Shown: positions 19,063-30,008, numbered from the stretch's first letter. The stretch: 64,000 bases of DNA from Waddliaceae bacterium (GCA_963724325.1 CAVRUH010000001.1:352001-416000), one strand, 5' to 3'. The notes: generated by a model not told the origin, from the sequence alone. Numbers and translations: made by a program.

Positions 19063-19866
19063 TTATTCATTTTTCAGTGTTATTGAAAATGAGTACTTGT
19101 CTTCTTTGATGAAGGAGTCGAAGCTAGGGAATAATATCTTTGGGAGTGAGTTTTTTACATATTTGCGGTTTTCTTCGCTTTGAGTTGAGAGGACATCGAC
19201 TTTAAGGACTTTGCCAGAATTTGCTAGCATCAACTTGATTTTCACTTCACCATATTCAGGAAGTTTCAGTACATCACGAAGGTGTGAAGCCAATATATCC
19301 TGATAGCACCTTTCTTTTTCAGGGAGGTTTTTAGGGCCATCAAACACTAATTTGTTGATGGTAGGAAGCGATGATGCATTTGATTTAGTCCCTACTTTTG
19401 CGACCATTGCTTGAGCTTTAGCAAGAAGTTCCCGTTTTTTAACATCTTCCTTGGAAATTTGGGGCTTTGCGGGTTGCGTAGCAGGTTTTTTGGGGGCTGG
19501 GGCAGCAACAGGCTTTGCCTCCTTTTTTGGTGCAGGTTTTGAGACTGGCTTTGGAGCAGGCTTTTGTACGGCTTTTTGGGGTTCGGGCTTAGGTTCTGGT
19601 TTCTTTGGAACAGGCGCAGGCTCTGGTTCAGGCTCAATGACTGGCTCGGGTTCCGGTTCGGGTGCGGGGGGTGGAGGCTCTGCTATAGCTACGGGAGGCT
19701 GAGGTAAAGGTTTTGGAGTGGAAAGGGAGACTGTTTTAACGATGAGTTTTTCTTTTGGCTTTTGTGGTGCTGCAAGATTTCCAGACCAAATGCACCAGAC
19801 GACGCCCATTAGATGAAAGGAAATAACTATTAAGCAGATATTTCGAAATGTGTTTTTGTGTGACAT
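19063..19866 (-). CDS. TolA/TonB-like protein
   Basis: N-terminal TM with SxxxH, Pro/Glu/Lys-rich linker, TonB_C-like end; between tolR and tolB. Confidence 0.8.
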   Translation of the reverse strand: MSHKNTFRNICLIVISFHLMGVVWCIWSGNLAAPQKPKEKLIVKTVSLSTPKPLPQPPVAIAEPPPPAPEPEPEPVIEPEPEPAPVPKKPEPKPEPQKAVQKPAPKPVSKPAPKKEAKPVAAPAPKKPATQPAKPQISKEDVKKRELLAKAQAMVAKVGTKSNASSLPTINKLVFDGPKNLPEKERCYQDILASHLRDVLKLPEYGEVKIKLMLANSGKVLKVDVLSTQSEENRKYVKNSLPKILFPSFDSFIKEDKYSFSITLKNE

Positions 19867-19873
19867 AGTTTTT

Positions 19874-20299
19874 TTACGACGGTCTTAAAACGATTTCAAG
19901 TTCATCAAAGCCCGCCATTTCAGCGGCATTTTTCACCGATTGATACGTACCAAAATGTGCTTTTTTATCGTGGAATACCTGGGGTTTTGCTTCGGGATAT
20001 TTTCTTCTTTCGAGCTTTAACACCTCTGTTAATTGATTTATTGCAATTCTCCGATTATTCAAATAGATCGTATTATCGGCCTTTACATGAATTGTAATTG
20101 GTCCATTGTCTTTCATAGTAATATTTCGATCATTGGGACTTTGCGATGCTCCGGCTAATTCTATATTATCGACATTCAAAATGGGAGCTATCACAATGAA
20201 AATGATCAAGATAACGAATACTACATCAATGAGGGGCGTAAGGTTCATTACAGGTTCTTCGGCTGCAGAATCTTTAGCACGTTGAAATCGATGTCTCAT
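19874..20299 (-). CDS. tolR: ExbD/TolR family protein
   Basis: NLTPLIDVVFVILIIF motif. Confidence 0.9.
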   Translation of the reverse strand: MRHRFQRAKDSAAEEPVMNLTPLIDVVFVILIIFIVIAPILNVDNIELAGASQSPNDRNITMKDNGPITIHVKADNTIYLNNRRIAINQLTEVLKLERRKYPEAKPQVFHDKKAHFGTYQSVKNAAEMAGFDELEIVLRPS

Positions 20300-21015
20300 T
20301 GTTTGTCCACTTTGCGATATTGAAGTTCAACTGCAGATAAAATCATAGTGGAGAATCCTTCCATATCTGTTGTCAGGTCGCGAATCGAACTTTTAAGATA
20401 GTTATATGCTATCAAGGCAGGAATCGCTGAAATTAAGCCAAGCACTGTAGTGGTCAAGGCAAGGGAAAGTCCGCCGAGCATTTCTTGGCTGTTTCCACCG
20501 CTTTGATTTTGTAAATCGGAGAATGTGATTAAAATACCCCAAACGGTGCCAAGCAGGCCTAATAGGGGAGCCAGTCCAACAATTGTTGAGAGCAAATAAA
20601 GGTTTTTCTCCAAGCCTTTTGTTTCGTTGGCAATGCTAACCATGAGATGAGATTCGAGGAAATTAATATCATTTGAGGAGAGATATGCTGCTTCTCCCTC
20701 TTGCTTTGATCCAAATTTACGATTTTTGTACAATAAATCAATCGTTTGTTTCTTTAGGACCGTGTAAATTTGGTAAAAGGGATTAGGTTGATTTTTGTTA
20801 ATTTGCCCATCATTTTGTATGTCTAATGGCCTATTTATTTGATTTTGAAAGATTGATTCAAATTCCATTGAGTATTTCTTTGCCCATTTTGTCATTAACA
20901 CCTTGTGTATCAAGGTGATCCAGCAACAAATTGATGTTGCAAAAAGAGCCAAAAATATCAATTTTCCAAGGAAATCTGATGTATTAAAGGCCAAAAAGAA
21001 AGGGTTGTTTTCCAT
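20296..21015 (-). CDS. tolQ: MotA/TolQ/ExbB family protein
   Basis: APLLGLLGTVWGI; ALTTTVLGLISAIPA. Confidence 0.9.
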   Translation of the reverse strand: MENNPFFLAFNTSDFLGKLIFLALFATSICCWITLIHKVLMTKWAKKYSMEFESIFQNQINRPLDIQNDGQINKNQPNPFYQIYTVLKKQTIDLLYKNRKFGSKQEGEAAYLSSNDINFLESHLMVSIANETKGLEKNLYLLSTIVGLAPLLGLLGTVWGILITFSDLQNQSGGNSQEMLGGLSLALTTTVLGLISAIPALIAYNYLKSSIRDLTTDMEGFSTMILSAVELQYRKVDKQ

Positions 21016-21087
21016 ATAATTCCTTTACAAAAATTTAACAATTTGGTACAATGTTTATCTAATACTAATGCTAACTGGATACCTTAA

Positions 21088-22815
21088 ATGAATAAATTTG
21101 TCAATAAATGGATGAGCCTCGTGCTCTTTGTAATGATGATAATCACCTCTCAGGTGTTTGCGGCTGATCCGATATCCGCCGAGCTTGTGTACCAAGATGG
21201 TACCATTCAACCTGGGCAGCCAATTAATATAGCCATCCGATTGCACATGGAAGGCACCTGGCATACTTATGCCAATATTCCTGAATATGAAGGCATGGCC
21301 CCTATGGTCAAGTGGACTCTCCCCGATAATTTTATTGCAAGCGACTTAATTTGGCCTGAACCCAAGCCTCTTGGCGAGATCATCGGCTATGAAAAAGAAC
21401 TTATTCTGCATGCGACGATAACACCTCCTGCACATTTATCCGGCGATACTGCTAAAATTTTGGCAAATATTGCGTGGGTTTGTTGTAATGACTCGTTTTG
21501 CGCTCCTCAAACTGCAGCCCTTTCCCTAGTTATTCCACAGAATGGCAGCGTTCAAGATGGATTTTTGCTTACACTTGGCCTGGCTTTTCTTGGTGGATTG
21601 ATTCTAAATCTAATGCCCTGCGTTCTTCCAGTCATTTCCTTTAAGATCCTCAGTTTTGTGAAGATGTCTGGACAGAACAGAAGCCTTATATTGAAGCATG
21701 GATTAGCCTTTTCGGCCGGAGTTATTTTATCGTTTTGGGTCTTAGCCGGCGTCATTTTGGTTCTTAGTGCATATGGTCATTCGGTGGGTTGGGGATTTCA
21801 GTTGCAGGATCCGCTTTTTGTGGCGATTTTAGCGACTATTATCTTCATTTTTAGCTTAAGTCTTTTTGGATTATTTGAGTTAGGTGCAGGCCTTGCTTCA
21901 AGGGCAGGTGCAGCGCAGGGAAAACCGGAAGGTTTGACCTCTTCGTTTATGAGCGGAGTTTTGGCAACGACGATAGCAACTCCTTGCACGGGACCATTTT
22001 TGGGGACTGCTATAGGATTTGCGGTGACTTTATCTGCTCCTTTGGCATTGCTTGTCTTTACATCGATTGGCATGGGCATGGCGCTTCCGTATATGTTGAT
22101 TGGTGCATTTCCAAGCCTTATTCGATTCTTGCCTAAACCAGGAAATTGGATGGTTACCTTTAAAGAAATTTTGGGTTTTGTGATGCTTGCTACGGTTTTG
22201 TGGCTGGTTTGGGTCTTTACGGCACAAACGGATGAAACGTCGCTCATTTACCTTCTTATTGGATTTTTCTTCTTTTCAGTAGGTTCGTGGATCTATGGGA
22301 AGTGGGGATCGCCGATTAATAGCGGCACGGTTCGCCGCATTGGAATTTTGTGTTCTGTGGTATTCATGGGGTTTGGAGGCTATTCCGTTTATCATGCATC
22401 CTCAACGATGCCGAATCAGCCAATTATTGAAGGGGCAGAGGTTGCGATGGCGGATATAAACGAACCACCAACGACATGGATTAATTATTCTCCTAAACAA
22501 TTGGACGAATTTCAGAAGGCTGGGATTCCTGTATTTGTCGATTTTACAGCTAAGTGGTGTCTGATTTGTCAGACCAATCATATTTCTTTGACAACGCCTG
22601 AAGTTGATCGCCAATTTACAGAAAGCGGCATTGTGCGGATGAAGGCCGATTGGACCAAGAAAGATCCTGCCATAGGTGAGGCGCTTCGCAAATTTGGTCG
22701 TAACGGAGTTCCTCTTTACGTTCTTTATGTGCCTGGTGCCGAGCCCTATGTATTTCCACAAATTTTGACACCCGAGACCATCCTAGAACAAATCAGGGAT
22801 ATAAAAAGGACATAG
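21088..22815 (+). CDS. dsbD: Thiol:disulfide interchange protein
   Basis: LNLMPCVLP and ATPCTGP TM cysteines; C-terminal thioredoxin FTAKWCLIC. Confidence 0.92.
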   Translation: MNKFVNKWMSLVLFVMMIITSQVFAADPISAELVYQDGTIQPGQPINIAIRLHMEGTWHTYANIPEYEGMAPMVKWTLPDNFIASDLIWPEPKPLGEIIGYEKELILHATITPPAHLSGDTAKILANIAWVCCNDSFCAPQTAALSLVIPQNGSVQDGFLLTLGLAFLGGLILNLMPCVLPVISFKILSFVKMSGQNRSLILKHGLAFSAGVILSFWVLAGVILVLSAYGHSVGWGFQLQDPLFVAILATIIFIFSLSLFGLFELGAGLASRAGAAQGKPEGLTSSFMSGVLATTIATPCTGPFLGTAIGFAVTLSAPLALLVFTSIGMGMALPYMLIGAFPSLIRFLPKPGNWMVTFKEILGFVMLATVLWLVWVFTAQTDETSLIYLLIGFFFFSVGSWIYGKWGSPINSGTVRRIGILCSVVFMGFGGYSVYHASSTMPNQPIIEGAEVAMADINEPPTTWINYSPKQLDEFQKAGIPVFVDFTAKWCLICQTNHISLTTPEVDRQFTESGIVRMKADWTKKDPAIGEALRKFGRNGVPLYVLYVPGAEPYVFPQILTPETILEQIRDIKRT

Positions 22816-22838
22816 AGAAACTATAATCCCAAAGTTGG

Positions 22839-22978
22839 CAGATGCATCGTCCTAAAATATCTTTTACCACAGAGAACATGAGAGAACACAAGAGAGATCA
22901 TTGAGTATAAAATAGCTCTGTGCTACCTCTGTTTTCTTGTGAACTCTGTATTAGATTTTTTTTAAATTAATGCATATG
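22839..22978. mobile_element. Degenerate MITE-like palindromic element (same family as 55015..55235)
   Basis: Ends cagatgcatcgtcctaaaa / ttttaaattaatgcatatg; internal cacagagaac...ctctgt inverted repeats; right half aligns by eye with 55180-55235. Confidence 0.6.
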
Positions 22979-23004
22979 TCTACAGTTGTGGCTTTGGCAT
23001 ATTT

Positions 23005-23052
23005 TTTTTTCATCCAAATTGAGTAGTCGACTACTCAATTTGGATGAAAAAA
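23005..23052. promoter_or_regulatory. Perfect 48-bp palindrome upstream of AAA ATPase gene
   Basis: ttttttcatccaaattgagtagtc|gactactcaatttggatgaaaaaa is self-complementary with no loop; the regulatory role is inferred. Confidence 0.55.
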
Positions 23053-23072
23053 CAAGATTTTTATAGTCAAAA

Positions 23073-24290
23073 TTGATAATATTAGATACGATAAGAAAAA
23101 AAAGTAGAGTTATGTACAAGCGAAAAATTGAAAAAGAACTTTTGGCCGCAGCAAAGTCATATCCGGTTGTTGCTGTCTTGGGGCCTAGGCAAGCAGGAAA
23201 GACAACATCCGTCAAGTCTGCATTTCCACATTATAATTATGTCTTGCTTGAAGAGATAGATATGCGAGAATTTGCTATTTCTGATCCCAAGGGATTTTTA
23301 GAATTTTATAGAAATGATCATGGATTGATCATTGATGAAGCCCAGCATGCACCAGATCTTTTTTCGTATATACAGGGAATTGTAGACAAAGAAAATATTC
23401 CGGGAAGGTTTATCCTCACTGGATCGCAAAATTTTTTATTAAACCAAAAAATTTCTCAAACTCTTGCAGGAAGGACTTGTATTTTAACACTTCTGCCATT
23501 CTCTATCGAGGAGCTAGAACAATATGAACGATTGCCGAAACGGTACGAATCGTTGATTTTTCAAGGATGTTATCCTAGAATCCATTTTCAAGATTTTGAC
23601 CCAAAGAAATGGTACCAGAATTATATTACCACCTTTGTGGAGAAAGACATTAGGCAGATTCATAATATTTTGGATCTTCATTTATTTCAAAAGTTTATTG
23701 CAGTCTGTGCAGGGCGTAGTGGACAACTCATTAATTGGTCGGACATTGCGAGGGATTGTGGAATAACAACAAAAACTGTTCATTCTTGGATTTCTCTTCT
23801 TGAAGCAAGTTATGTTGTTTTTCTTTTGCAGCCTTATTTTGAGAACTTTAATAAGAGACTTGTAAAGTCAGCAAAACTATATTTTTATGATACCGGATTA
23901 GTTTGTTCATTATTGAGAATTCAATCTGAGCATGAGCTGGCTAATCATTATTTAAAAGGTCCTCTTTTCGAGACATTGGTTATTTCAGAAATTATGAAAT
24001 TCTATCTAAATCAGGGGTTGAAACCCAATCTTTATTTCTGGCGTGATAAAGTTGGTCTTGAAGTTGACTGTTTGATTGATCATGGTGTAGATGTTATTCC
24101 AGTAGAAATCAAATCGAGTAGAACCATTAATTCCGATTACTTCAATAGTTTAGTTAAATGGAATCTATTATCTAATAAAAATCCATCCAACTCTTTATTG
24201 ATTTATGGGGGTGAAGAGAATCAGAAACGCACTAATGGGCGTGTCATAGGCTGGTCTCGAATATCTAGAGAATTGACTAATATTTCCTAA
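23073..24290 (+). CDS. AAA_14 ATPase with DUF4143 C-terminal domain (likely start 23112)
   Basis: GPRQAGKTT, IIDEAQ, LTGSQN, KLYFYDTGL, EVD..VEIKS. Confidence 0.9.
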   Translation: MIILDTIRKKSRVMYKRKIEKELLAAAKSYPVVAVLGPRQAGKTTSVKSAFPHYNYVLLEEIDMREFAISDPKGFLEFYRNDHGLIIDEAQHAPDLFSYIQGIVDKENIPGRFILTGSQNFLLNQKISQTLAGRTCILTLLPFSIEELEQYERLPKRYESLIFQGCYPRIHFQDFDPKKWYQNYITTFVEKDIRQIHNILDLHLFQKFIAVCAGRSGQLINWSDIARDCGITTKTVHSWISLLEASYVVFLLQPYFENFNKRLVKSAKLYFYDTGLVCSLLRIQSEHELANHYLKGPLFETLVISEIMKFYLNQGLKPNLYFWRDKVGLEVDCLIDHGVDVIPVEIKSSRTINSDYFNSLVKWNLLSNKNPSNSLLIYGGEENQKRTNGRVIGWSRISRELTNIS

Positions 24291-24302
24291 ACTAGAATTC
24301 TG

Positions 24303-26444
24303 TTAGTAAAATTGCTTATTGGCTTTTTGCATCTCTAGAAGCAGGTTTGATGGGGTGAAACGAATCCCGTGTATTTTTTCTAGAGCTTTCATTTTTTCAA
24401 CAAGATTTGTTATCCCTGATTCATCAGCATAGTTGAGGAGTCCGCCTCGGAATGGAGGGAAGCCGGTGCCGAGAACTAGGGCCATGTCAAGATTTTCTGG
24501 AGATGAAACAACCTTTTCTTCAAGACATCTCGTTGCTTCATTTATCATAGCAAGGACGAATCTATCAGTAATTTCTTGCTTACTTAGCCTGTTTTTGGAT
24601 GATCTTGAAATGAGAGTTTCGATTTCTGGATTAGGTTCAGTAGTTTTTTCACCGTAGATATAAAATCCTTTTCCTGATTTTTTGCCTAATAACTTATGTT
24701 CGTTCATTTTTTCAAGGAGTTTAGAGGATTTCATTCTGGCGCCATAGGCCTCTTCAAAAATTTTGCCAATTTTATATCCAACGTCATTTCCCACTTCATC
24801 GGATAGGGTAAAAGGTCCCATGGGCATGCCAAAGTCAAGAACTGCTTTTTCTATATCTCCCATTGGCGTTCCTTCTTCAAACATATAAAAGGCCTCGGCC
24901 ATGCCGGCAATTAAGATGCGGTTGACAAGGAATCCTGCGCAATCCTTTACAACAATTGGAGTTTTTTTGAGTTTTTTGGCTGTATCAACAGCTGTAGCAA
25001 CTGCTTCTGGAGACGTTTTATCTCCGCGAATAACCTCTACAAGAGGCATACGGCTCGGCGGATTAAAGAAATGCATGCCGACCAGGCGTTCTGGGTGCGA
25101 TAGTGTAGATGCCAGCGCTGTGACAGAGAGAGAAGAGGTGTTTGTGGCGATGACGCAGTCGGGGCGGACCTCCTTTTCGAGTTCATTTAAGATTTTCTGT
25201 TTTAATTCGATATTTTCAGTCGCCGCTTCCACAACAAAATCGACGTGTTGGAATCCTGAGAAGTCGATGGTGCCGCCGATTTTAAGGAACTTAAGATTTG
25301 CTTCGTTATGCGTTACTTTTTTGATGCGAAGGAGCGCTTGATAGCTATTCCAGGCGGAGCCATATCCTTTTGCAATGACGTCCCAATTAACGTCTTTCAT
25401 GCGAACGGGGATGCCTGCATTGCTGAATAGCCATGATATGCCGCTTCCCATTGTACCGGCTCCAAGGACTGCAGCGGCGCTTATTTTTTTTGCAATCGCT
25501 CCCTGTGGAATTCCTGGGTTATTTTTGAGAGCTTCATTTATGAAGAAAATTTTTATTAAATTTGGGGCAGTTTTTAGATCAGTTTCCATTTTTGAGATGA
25601 AATTACTCACCTCTTTTTTCAAACCTGATTGGAGAGATGAAGTATAGGTTCTCTTTATGAGGTTAAGAGCAACCAATGGAGCAGGATATTTTCCTTTCGT
25701 TTGCTTCATGATTTTTCTTTTGACTACATAACTCACTAAAGATCTCCCTAGAGGGTTTTTCTCGAGGAGGAAATTGAGGATGCCTTTGCGCTTACGACGA
25801 TTGAGAATGCGTTTTTTTCCTTCGGGTGTGAGGCACTGTTTAACGAATTCAGACGTCTTTTCTTCAACGAATGCAGGGGCGGCAATAGCATCTGCGAGCT
25901 TAATTTTCCAAGCTTTCATAGCATTTACGGCTTTTCCGGTGACAATCATTTGCACCCCTTCTCTGAACCCGACTAGCCTAGGAAGCCTTTGTGTTCCGCC
26001 CCAACCTGGATAAATTCCGAGACTGACTTCTGGAAGGCCAATTTGTGTTTTTGGACTATCTACGACGATTCTATAGGTACAAGCAAGAGCAAACTCAGTG
26101 CCGCCGCCTAAACAGGCGCCATTGATGACTGCAATTGTTGGAAAAGGAAGCTGTTGCATCCTGTTCAATGAATCGTGACCTTTATCCAAAATTCTATTAA
26201 CAATTGTGTGATCTTTGAAGGCTCCTTTGAAGATGTTAATATCCGCTCCGGCAATAAAAATACCCTCTTTGGCACTTGTGATAACTAAAGCTTTTACATG
26301 ATTGTTTTTTTTGAGGTCCTCGAGGATGACATCGAGCTGCTCAAAAGCAGGCACAGACAAAACATTTACCTTCGAATTAGGAATATCGAAAACAAGTTTT
26401 GCGATTCCTTCTGAGTCTATTGTGAGTTTAAATATCTTATCCAT
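24303..26444 (-). CDS. fadJ: Multifunctional enoyl-CoA hydratase / 3-hydroxyacyl-CoA dehydrogenase (FadJ/FadB)
   Basis: FIAGADI, CLGGGTE, GLPEV, GAGTMG, GMHFFNP. Confidence 0.92.
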   Translation of the reverse strand: MDKIFKLTIDSEGIAKLVFDIPNSKVNVLSVPAFEQLDVILEDLKKNNHVKALVITSAKEGIFIAGADINIFKGAFKDHTIVNRILDKGHDSLNRMQQLPFPTIAVINGACLGGGTEFALACTYRIVVDSPKTQIGLPEVSLGIYPGWGGTQRLPRLVGFREGVQMIVTGKAVNAMKAWKIKLADAIAAPAFVEEKTSEFVKQCLTPEGKKRILNRRKRKGILNFLLEKNPLGRSLVSYVVKRKIMKQTKGKYPAPLVALNLIKRTYTSSLQSGLKKEVSNFISKMETDLKTAPNLIKIFFINEALKNNPGIPQGAIAKKISAAAVLGAGTMGSGISWLFSNAGIPVRMKDVNWDVIAKGYGSAWNSYQALLRIKKVTHNEANLKFLKIGGTIDFSGFQHVDFVVEAATENIELKQKILNELEKEVRPDCVIATNTSSLSVTALASTLSHPERLVGMHFFNPPSRMPLVEVIRGDKTSPEAVATAVDTAKKLKKTPIVVKDCAGFLVNRILIAGMAEAFYMFEEGTPMGDIEKAVLDFGMPMGPFTLSDEVGNDVGYKIGKIFEEAYGARMKSSKLLEKMNEHKLLGKKSGKGFYIYGEKTTEPNPEIETLISRSSKNRLSKQEITDRFVLAMINEATRCLEEKVVSSPENLDMALVLGTGFPPFRGGLLNYADESGITNLVEKMKALEKIHGIRFTPSNLLLEMQKANKQFY

Positions 26445-27724
26445 TATTTTACCTCCACGACGACGGCTTCACCTTGGCCGCCACCCACGCAAAGTGTGGC
26501 TAGGCCTCGATTTTTCCCTCGTCTTTTCAACTCTTTTAATAATGTGAGTATTAACCTGGCGCCTGAGGCTCCGATAGGATGCCCTAGGGCAACTGCCCCG
26601 CCATTTACATTTAACTTATCGTAATCCAGATTCCCAACTGCTTTATCTCTGCCTAAATAGTGTTTAGCATAATCATCGGAAGCCAGGGCCCTAACACATG
26701 CCATTACCTGTCCAGCGAAGGCTTCATTAATTTCCACAAGATCTAAATCATCTAAAGTCAGCCCAGTTTTATCCAATATTTTAGTAATAGCATAAACTGG
26801 CCCTAATCCCATTCTAGCTGGATCCAAAGCAGCATATGAATAATTGCTAATATATCCTAAAGGTTGCAGGCCTCTTTTTTTCGCCTCCGATTCACGCATA
26901 AGCAATAGGGAAACAGCACCATCGGTGATTTGACTTGAGTTCCCCGCAGTTACATTTCCTGTCTCACGCTCAAAAACAGGCTTTAGTTTCGACATTGCCT
27001 CTAAAGTTCCCCCTTTTCGTATCCCATCGTCTACAACTTGCATACGATCAAATTTGGGAGGAATGGGAACAGGTACAATTTCTTGAGCAAAAATACCCTC
27101 TTCCTGTGCTTTTACAGCTCTTTCCTGGCTTCTTATGGAAAATTCATCCTGATCTTTTCGACTTATTTTAAAATCGCGAGCAATTATCTCCGCAGTTTGT
27201 CCCATGCTTAAATCGCACAGAGGATCAAATAGCGAAGGAGTCGAAGGTTTAAAAAACGACGGACGAAGTGAAAAAAGCCGTTTTAGTTTTTCAATGAAGG
27301 ATTTCGCTTTTGTCATTCCAAATAGAAAATCCCTCATTTTTTTTGGGAAAAGAATAGGAACATTACTCATGGATTCAGTGCCGCCAGCAATAATGATCTT
27401 GGCTTCTTCATTGAGAATTTTATTGATGGAGGATGCCACAGATTCCATTCCGGAGGCGCAGTTTCGATTTACAGTGAATGCGGGCGTTTTGACAGGGAGT
27501 CCTCCCTTTACGGCAATAATACGAGCTATATTTGCCTGATGTGGTGGTTGTAAAACATTGCCAAAGATTAATTCGTCCACTTCTTCAGGTTTCACAGAAA
27601 CCCGCGCCAGCAATTCTCTGACCACAATAGCTCCTAAGCTGTCAGCTTCATAGTCTTTGAGGACTCCTCCTGCCTTGCAAAACGGAGTCCGTACACCGTC
27701 TATTACTGCGATTCTCTCTTTCAT
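26444..27724 (-). CDS. fadA: Acetyl-CoA C-acyltransferase (thiolase, FadA/FadI)
   Basis: VNRNCASG, EINEAFA, GHPIGASG, LCVGGGQG. Confidence 0.93.
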   Translation of the reverse strand: MKERIAVIDGVRTPFCKAGGVLKDYEADSLGAIVVRELLARVSVKPEEVDELIFGNVLQPPHQANIARIIAVKGGLPVKTPAFTVNRNCASGMESVASSINKILNEEAKIIIAGGTESMSNVPILFPKKMRDFLFGMTKAKSFIEKLKRLFSLRPSFFKPSTPSLFDPLCDLSMGQTAEIIARDFKISRKDQDEFSIRSQERAVKAQEEGIFAQEIVPVPIPPKFDRMQVVDDGIRKGGTLEAMSKLKPVFERETGNVTAGNSSQITDGAVSLLLMRESEAKKRGLQPLGYISNYSYAALDPARMGLGPVYAITKILDKTGLTLDDLDLVEINEAFAGQVMACVRALASDDYAKHYLGRDKAVGNLDYDKLNVNGGAVALGHPIGASGARLILTLLKELKRRGKNRGLATLCVGGGQGEAVVVEVK

Positions 27725-27734
27725 ATGGGTGCTC

Positions 27735-30008
27735 CTATTTAAATCCTGGCGCCATTTTCAGCCCTTTAATTTTAAAAAACTCTTCAGGGGTAAATTCATC
27801 AACCTGAATAGCTGCATCTTGTGCTGCTAAAGCTTTATTTATCTGTTCAGCTTCCTGTGCATTTATTATTCCCGCTGTCAAAGCTTGATTTCTCATCTCA
27901 TAGGGGCTTCCAAAGGGCAATTTTCTTTCCTTTTGAGCTGCAGAAATTTTCTTTACAGAATCACTTACATCATTCATCAGTCTAAATGCCTTAAAAAGTC
28001 TTCCCGATCCTGGAAGATCCACTTTGGAAATAAAAATATTTTCCGTGATCCTCTGAAATTGATCTGATAATTTTTGAATGGTATGAGCTGTCTTATGTGC
28101 TAGAGCATCTGAGGGCTTTATCCCCAGCGGATTGATCCTTAATAAGAACAACCCAATCGTTCTCATCCAAAATCCGACCACAGGAGCATGGAAGTTGCGA
28201 TAAATTCCTTCGTATGCAAGCTGAATTTCATTCAAAGCATATTCACATGAATACTGTACTAGCGGCAAATCTTCCTTTTTCTGTCCTTCAGCCACAAAAC
28301 GTCTTAATGTCGACTGTGCAATCAACTGCCAAGCTAATGCATCTGCAAATCGGGCCGAGAGCATTCCTCGAGACTTTAATTTCCCCCCAATTAAGAAAAT
28401 TGCAAGATCTGTCAAAACTGCAAATCGAGAAGCCGCCCATCCCAAACGTCTGAAATATGTCGCTGTAGGTCCACTCACAGGAACACTCACTGTGAATCCA
28501 CGAGTAAGCGTCCGGATGGTCTTTCGCAAATTGCTGACTACAACATGTCCCATCCATTTTAATAGGTTTTTTCCGAATTCGGAGGAATTTTCCTCCTCAA
28601 CAGCTGTAACAACTTTGTAGGCATATGGATGACATCGAATCGCTCCTTGAGCAAAAATGATAAGCGAACGAGTCATTATATTCGCTCCCTCGACAGTTAT
28701 TCCTACTGCAGCTCCTGAGTACCCAGCTCCCAATATATTATTTGGTCCCTGCATAACGCCTGAGCCAGAAAAAATGTCCATTCCGTCAGTTACCAGCTGC
28801 CGAGCAATTTCTGTAGAATATGCCTTAAGAACTGCTGACATCACGGGTGGTTTGTGACCGTGGCCAATAGCTGTACACGAAAAAACCCTGGTCGCATCAA
28901 AGGCATAGGCCAAAGAGGCCATTTTTCCTAATTTTTCGATAATTCCTTCCATTTGACCAAGTGGAATTCCAAATTGATGTCTTACCATTGAGTAAGCACC
29001 CGTTGCCGCTGCTGTTGTTTTCATCAGCCCAATGGCCCCTGCAGGAAGAGTAATCGCCCTTCCACCCGCAAGCTGCTCCATTAGCATCTTCCAGCCCATT
29101 CCGGCATATTCCGGACCTCCAATAATATCGTCAATAGCTATCACGACATCTTTCCCCCTCACAGGTCCATTATAAAATGGATCACCAATTGGCAAATGAT
29201 GCGCCCCTATTGTCACTCCGGGAATCTCCTTTTTAACCATTGCCACTGTAATGCCGAGATCCTTTCCCTTTCCCAGAAGGTTCTCTGGATCATATAATTT
29301 AAATGCTAACGAGATCAAATCCGAAATAGGGGAGAGCGTGATGTACCGTTTATTGAAATTAAGCTTTATCTTAATTTCTCCATTTTTTTCTTTAAAAAGT
29401 ATCCCTTCCGCCTTCATGGATGCCGCATCAGATCCTGCTGTAGGCTCAGTCAAAGCAAAACATGGAATTATTTCCGCTTTGGCAAGTTTTGCTAAATATG
29501 TATCTTTCTGATCTTGTGTACCATAATGGACAATGAGCTCAGCAGCTCCAAGAGAACTCGCTATAATGACCATATAGCCCAAAGGTCCAGCGTGTGGAGT
29601 CAGCTTATGAAGCACAGTACTGATCGCCAATGGTGAAAACTCCAATCCCCCATATCTTTTAGGGATTAACATCGACATCAATTTGTTCTCTTTTACAAAG
29701 GCTAAAGCTTCTGCCGGTATGCTTCTAGATTCCGTCATCTCGAAATGACGTCCATCCAGCATTTTGCACAATTCTTCAACAGGACCGTCTACATACGCCT
29801 GTTCCTCGGCAGTGAGCTTTTGATAAGGTTCTTTTAGGATTTTTTTAAAGTCTGGATTGCCATGAAAAATCTCGCCATCAATCCAAACTGTCCCCGCCCG
29901 AAGTGCCTGTCTTTCTGTATCGGAAATCTTAGGAAGAATTTTCTTTTTTTTCATAAACTTCATCAATGCTGTAATCATTTCCCACCACCTTTTCACCCTG
30001 TGTACCAC
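27735..30008 (-). CDS. fadE: Acyl-CoA dehydrogenase FadE type (DUF1974 C-terminus)
   Basis: PKISDTERQAL, CFALTEPTAGSDA, ITVEGANIMTR. Confidence 0.92.
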   Translation of the reverse strand: MVHRVKRWWEMITALMKFMKKKKILPKISDTERQALRAGTVWIDGEIFHGNPDFKKILKEPYQKLTAEEQAYVDGPVEELCKMLDGRHFEMTESRSIPAEALAFVKENKLMSMLIPKRYGGLEFSPLAISTVLHKLTPHAGPLGYMVIIASSLGAAELIVHYGTQDQKDTYLAKLAKAEIIPCFALTEPTAGSDAASMKAEGILFKEKNGEIKIKLNFNKRYITLSPISDLISLAFKLYDPENLLGKGKDLGITVAMVKKEIPGVTIGAHHLPIGDPFYNGPVRGKDVVIAIDDIIGGPEYAGMGWKMLMEQLAGGRAITLPAGAIGLMKTTAAATGAYSMVRHQFGIPLGQMEGIIEKLGKMASLAYAFDATRVFSCTAIGHGHKPPVMSAVLKAYSTEIARQLVTDGMDIFSGSGVMQGPNNILGAGYSGAAVGITVEGANIMTRSLIIFAQGAIRCHPYAYKVVTAVEEENSSEFGKNLLKWMGHVVVSNLRKTIRTLTRGFTVSVPVSGPTATYFRRLGWAASRFAVLTDLAIFLIGGKLKSRGMLSARFADALAWQLIAQSTLRRFVAEGQKKEDLPLVQYSCEYALNEIQLAYEGIYRNFHAPVVGFWMRTIGLFLLRINPLGIKPSDALAHKTAHTIQKLSDQFQRITENIFISKVDLPGSGRLFKAFRLMNDVSDSVKKISAAQKERKLPFGSPYEMRNQALTAGIINAQEAEQINKALAAQDAAIQVDEFTPEEFFKIKGLKMAPGFK

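Noticed and set aside
19392..19702. Gly/Ser-rich and Gln-rich ORFs
   Set aside because: Shadow frames of the Pro-rich TolA linker; the other short antisense or nested ORFs in the track were rejected for the same reason
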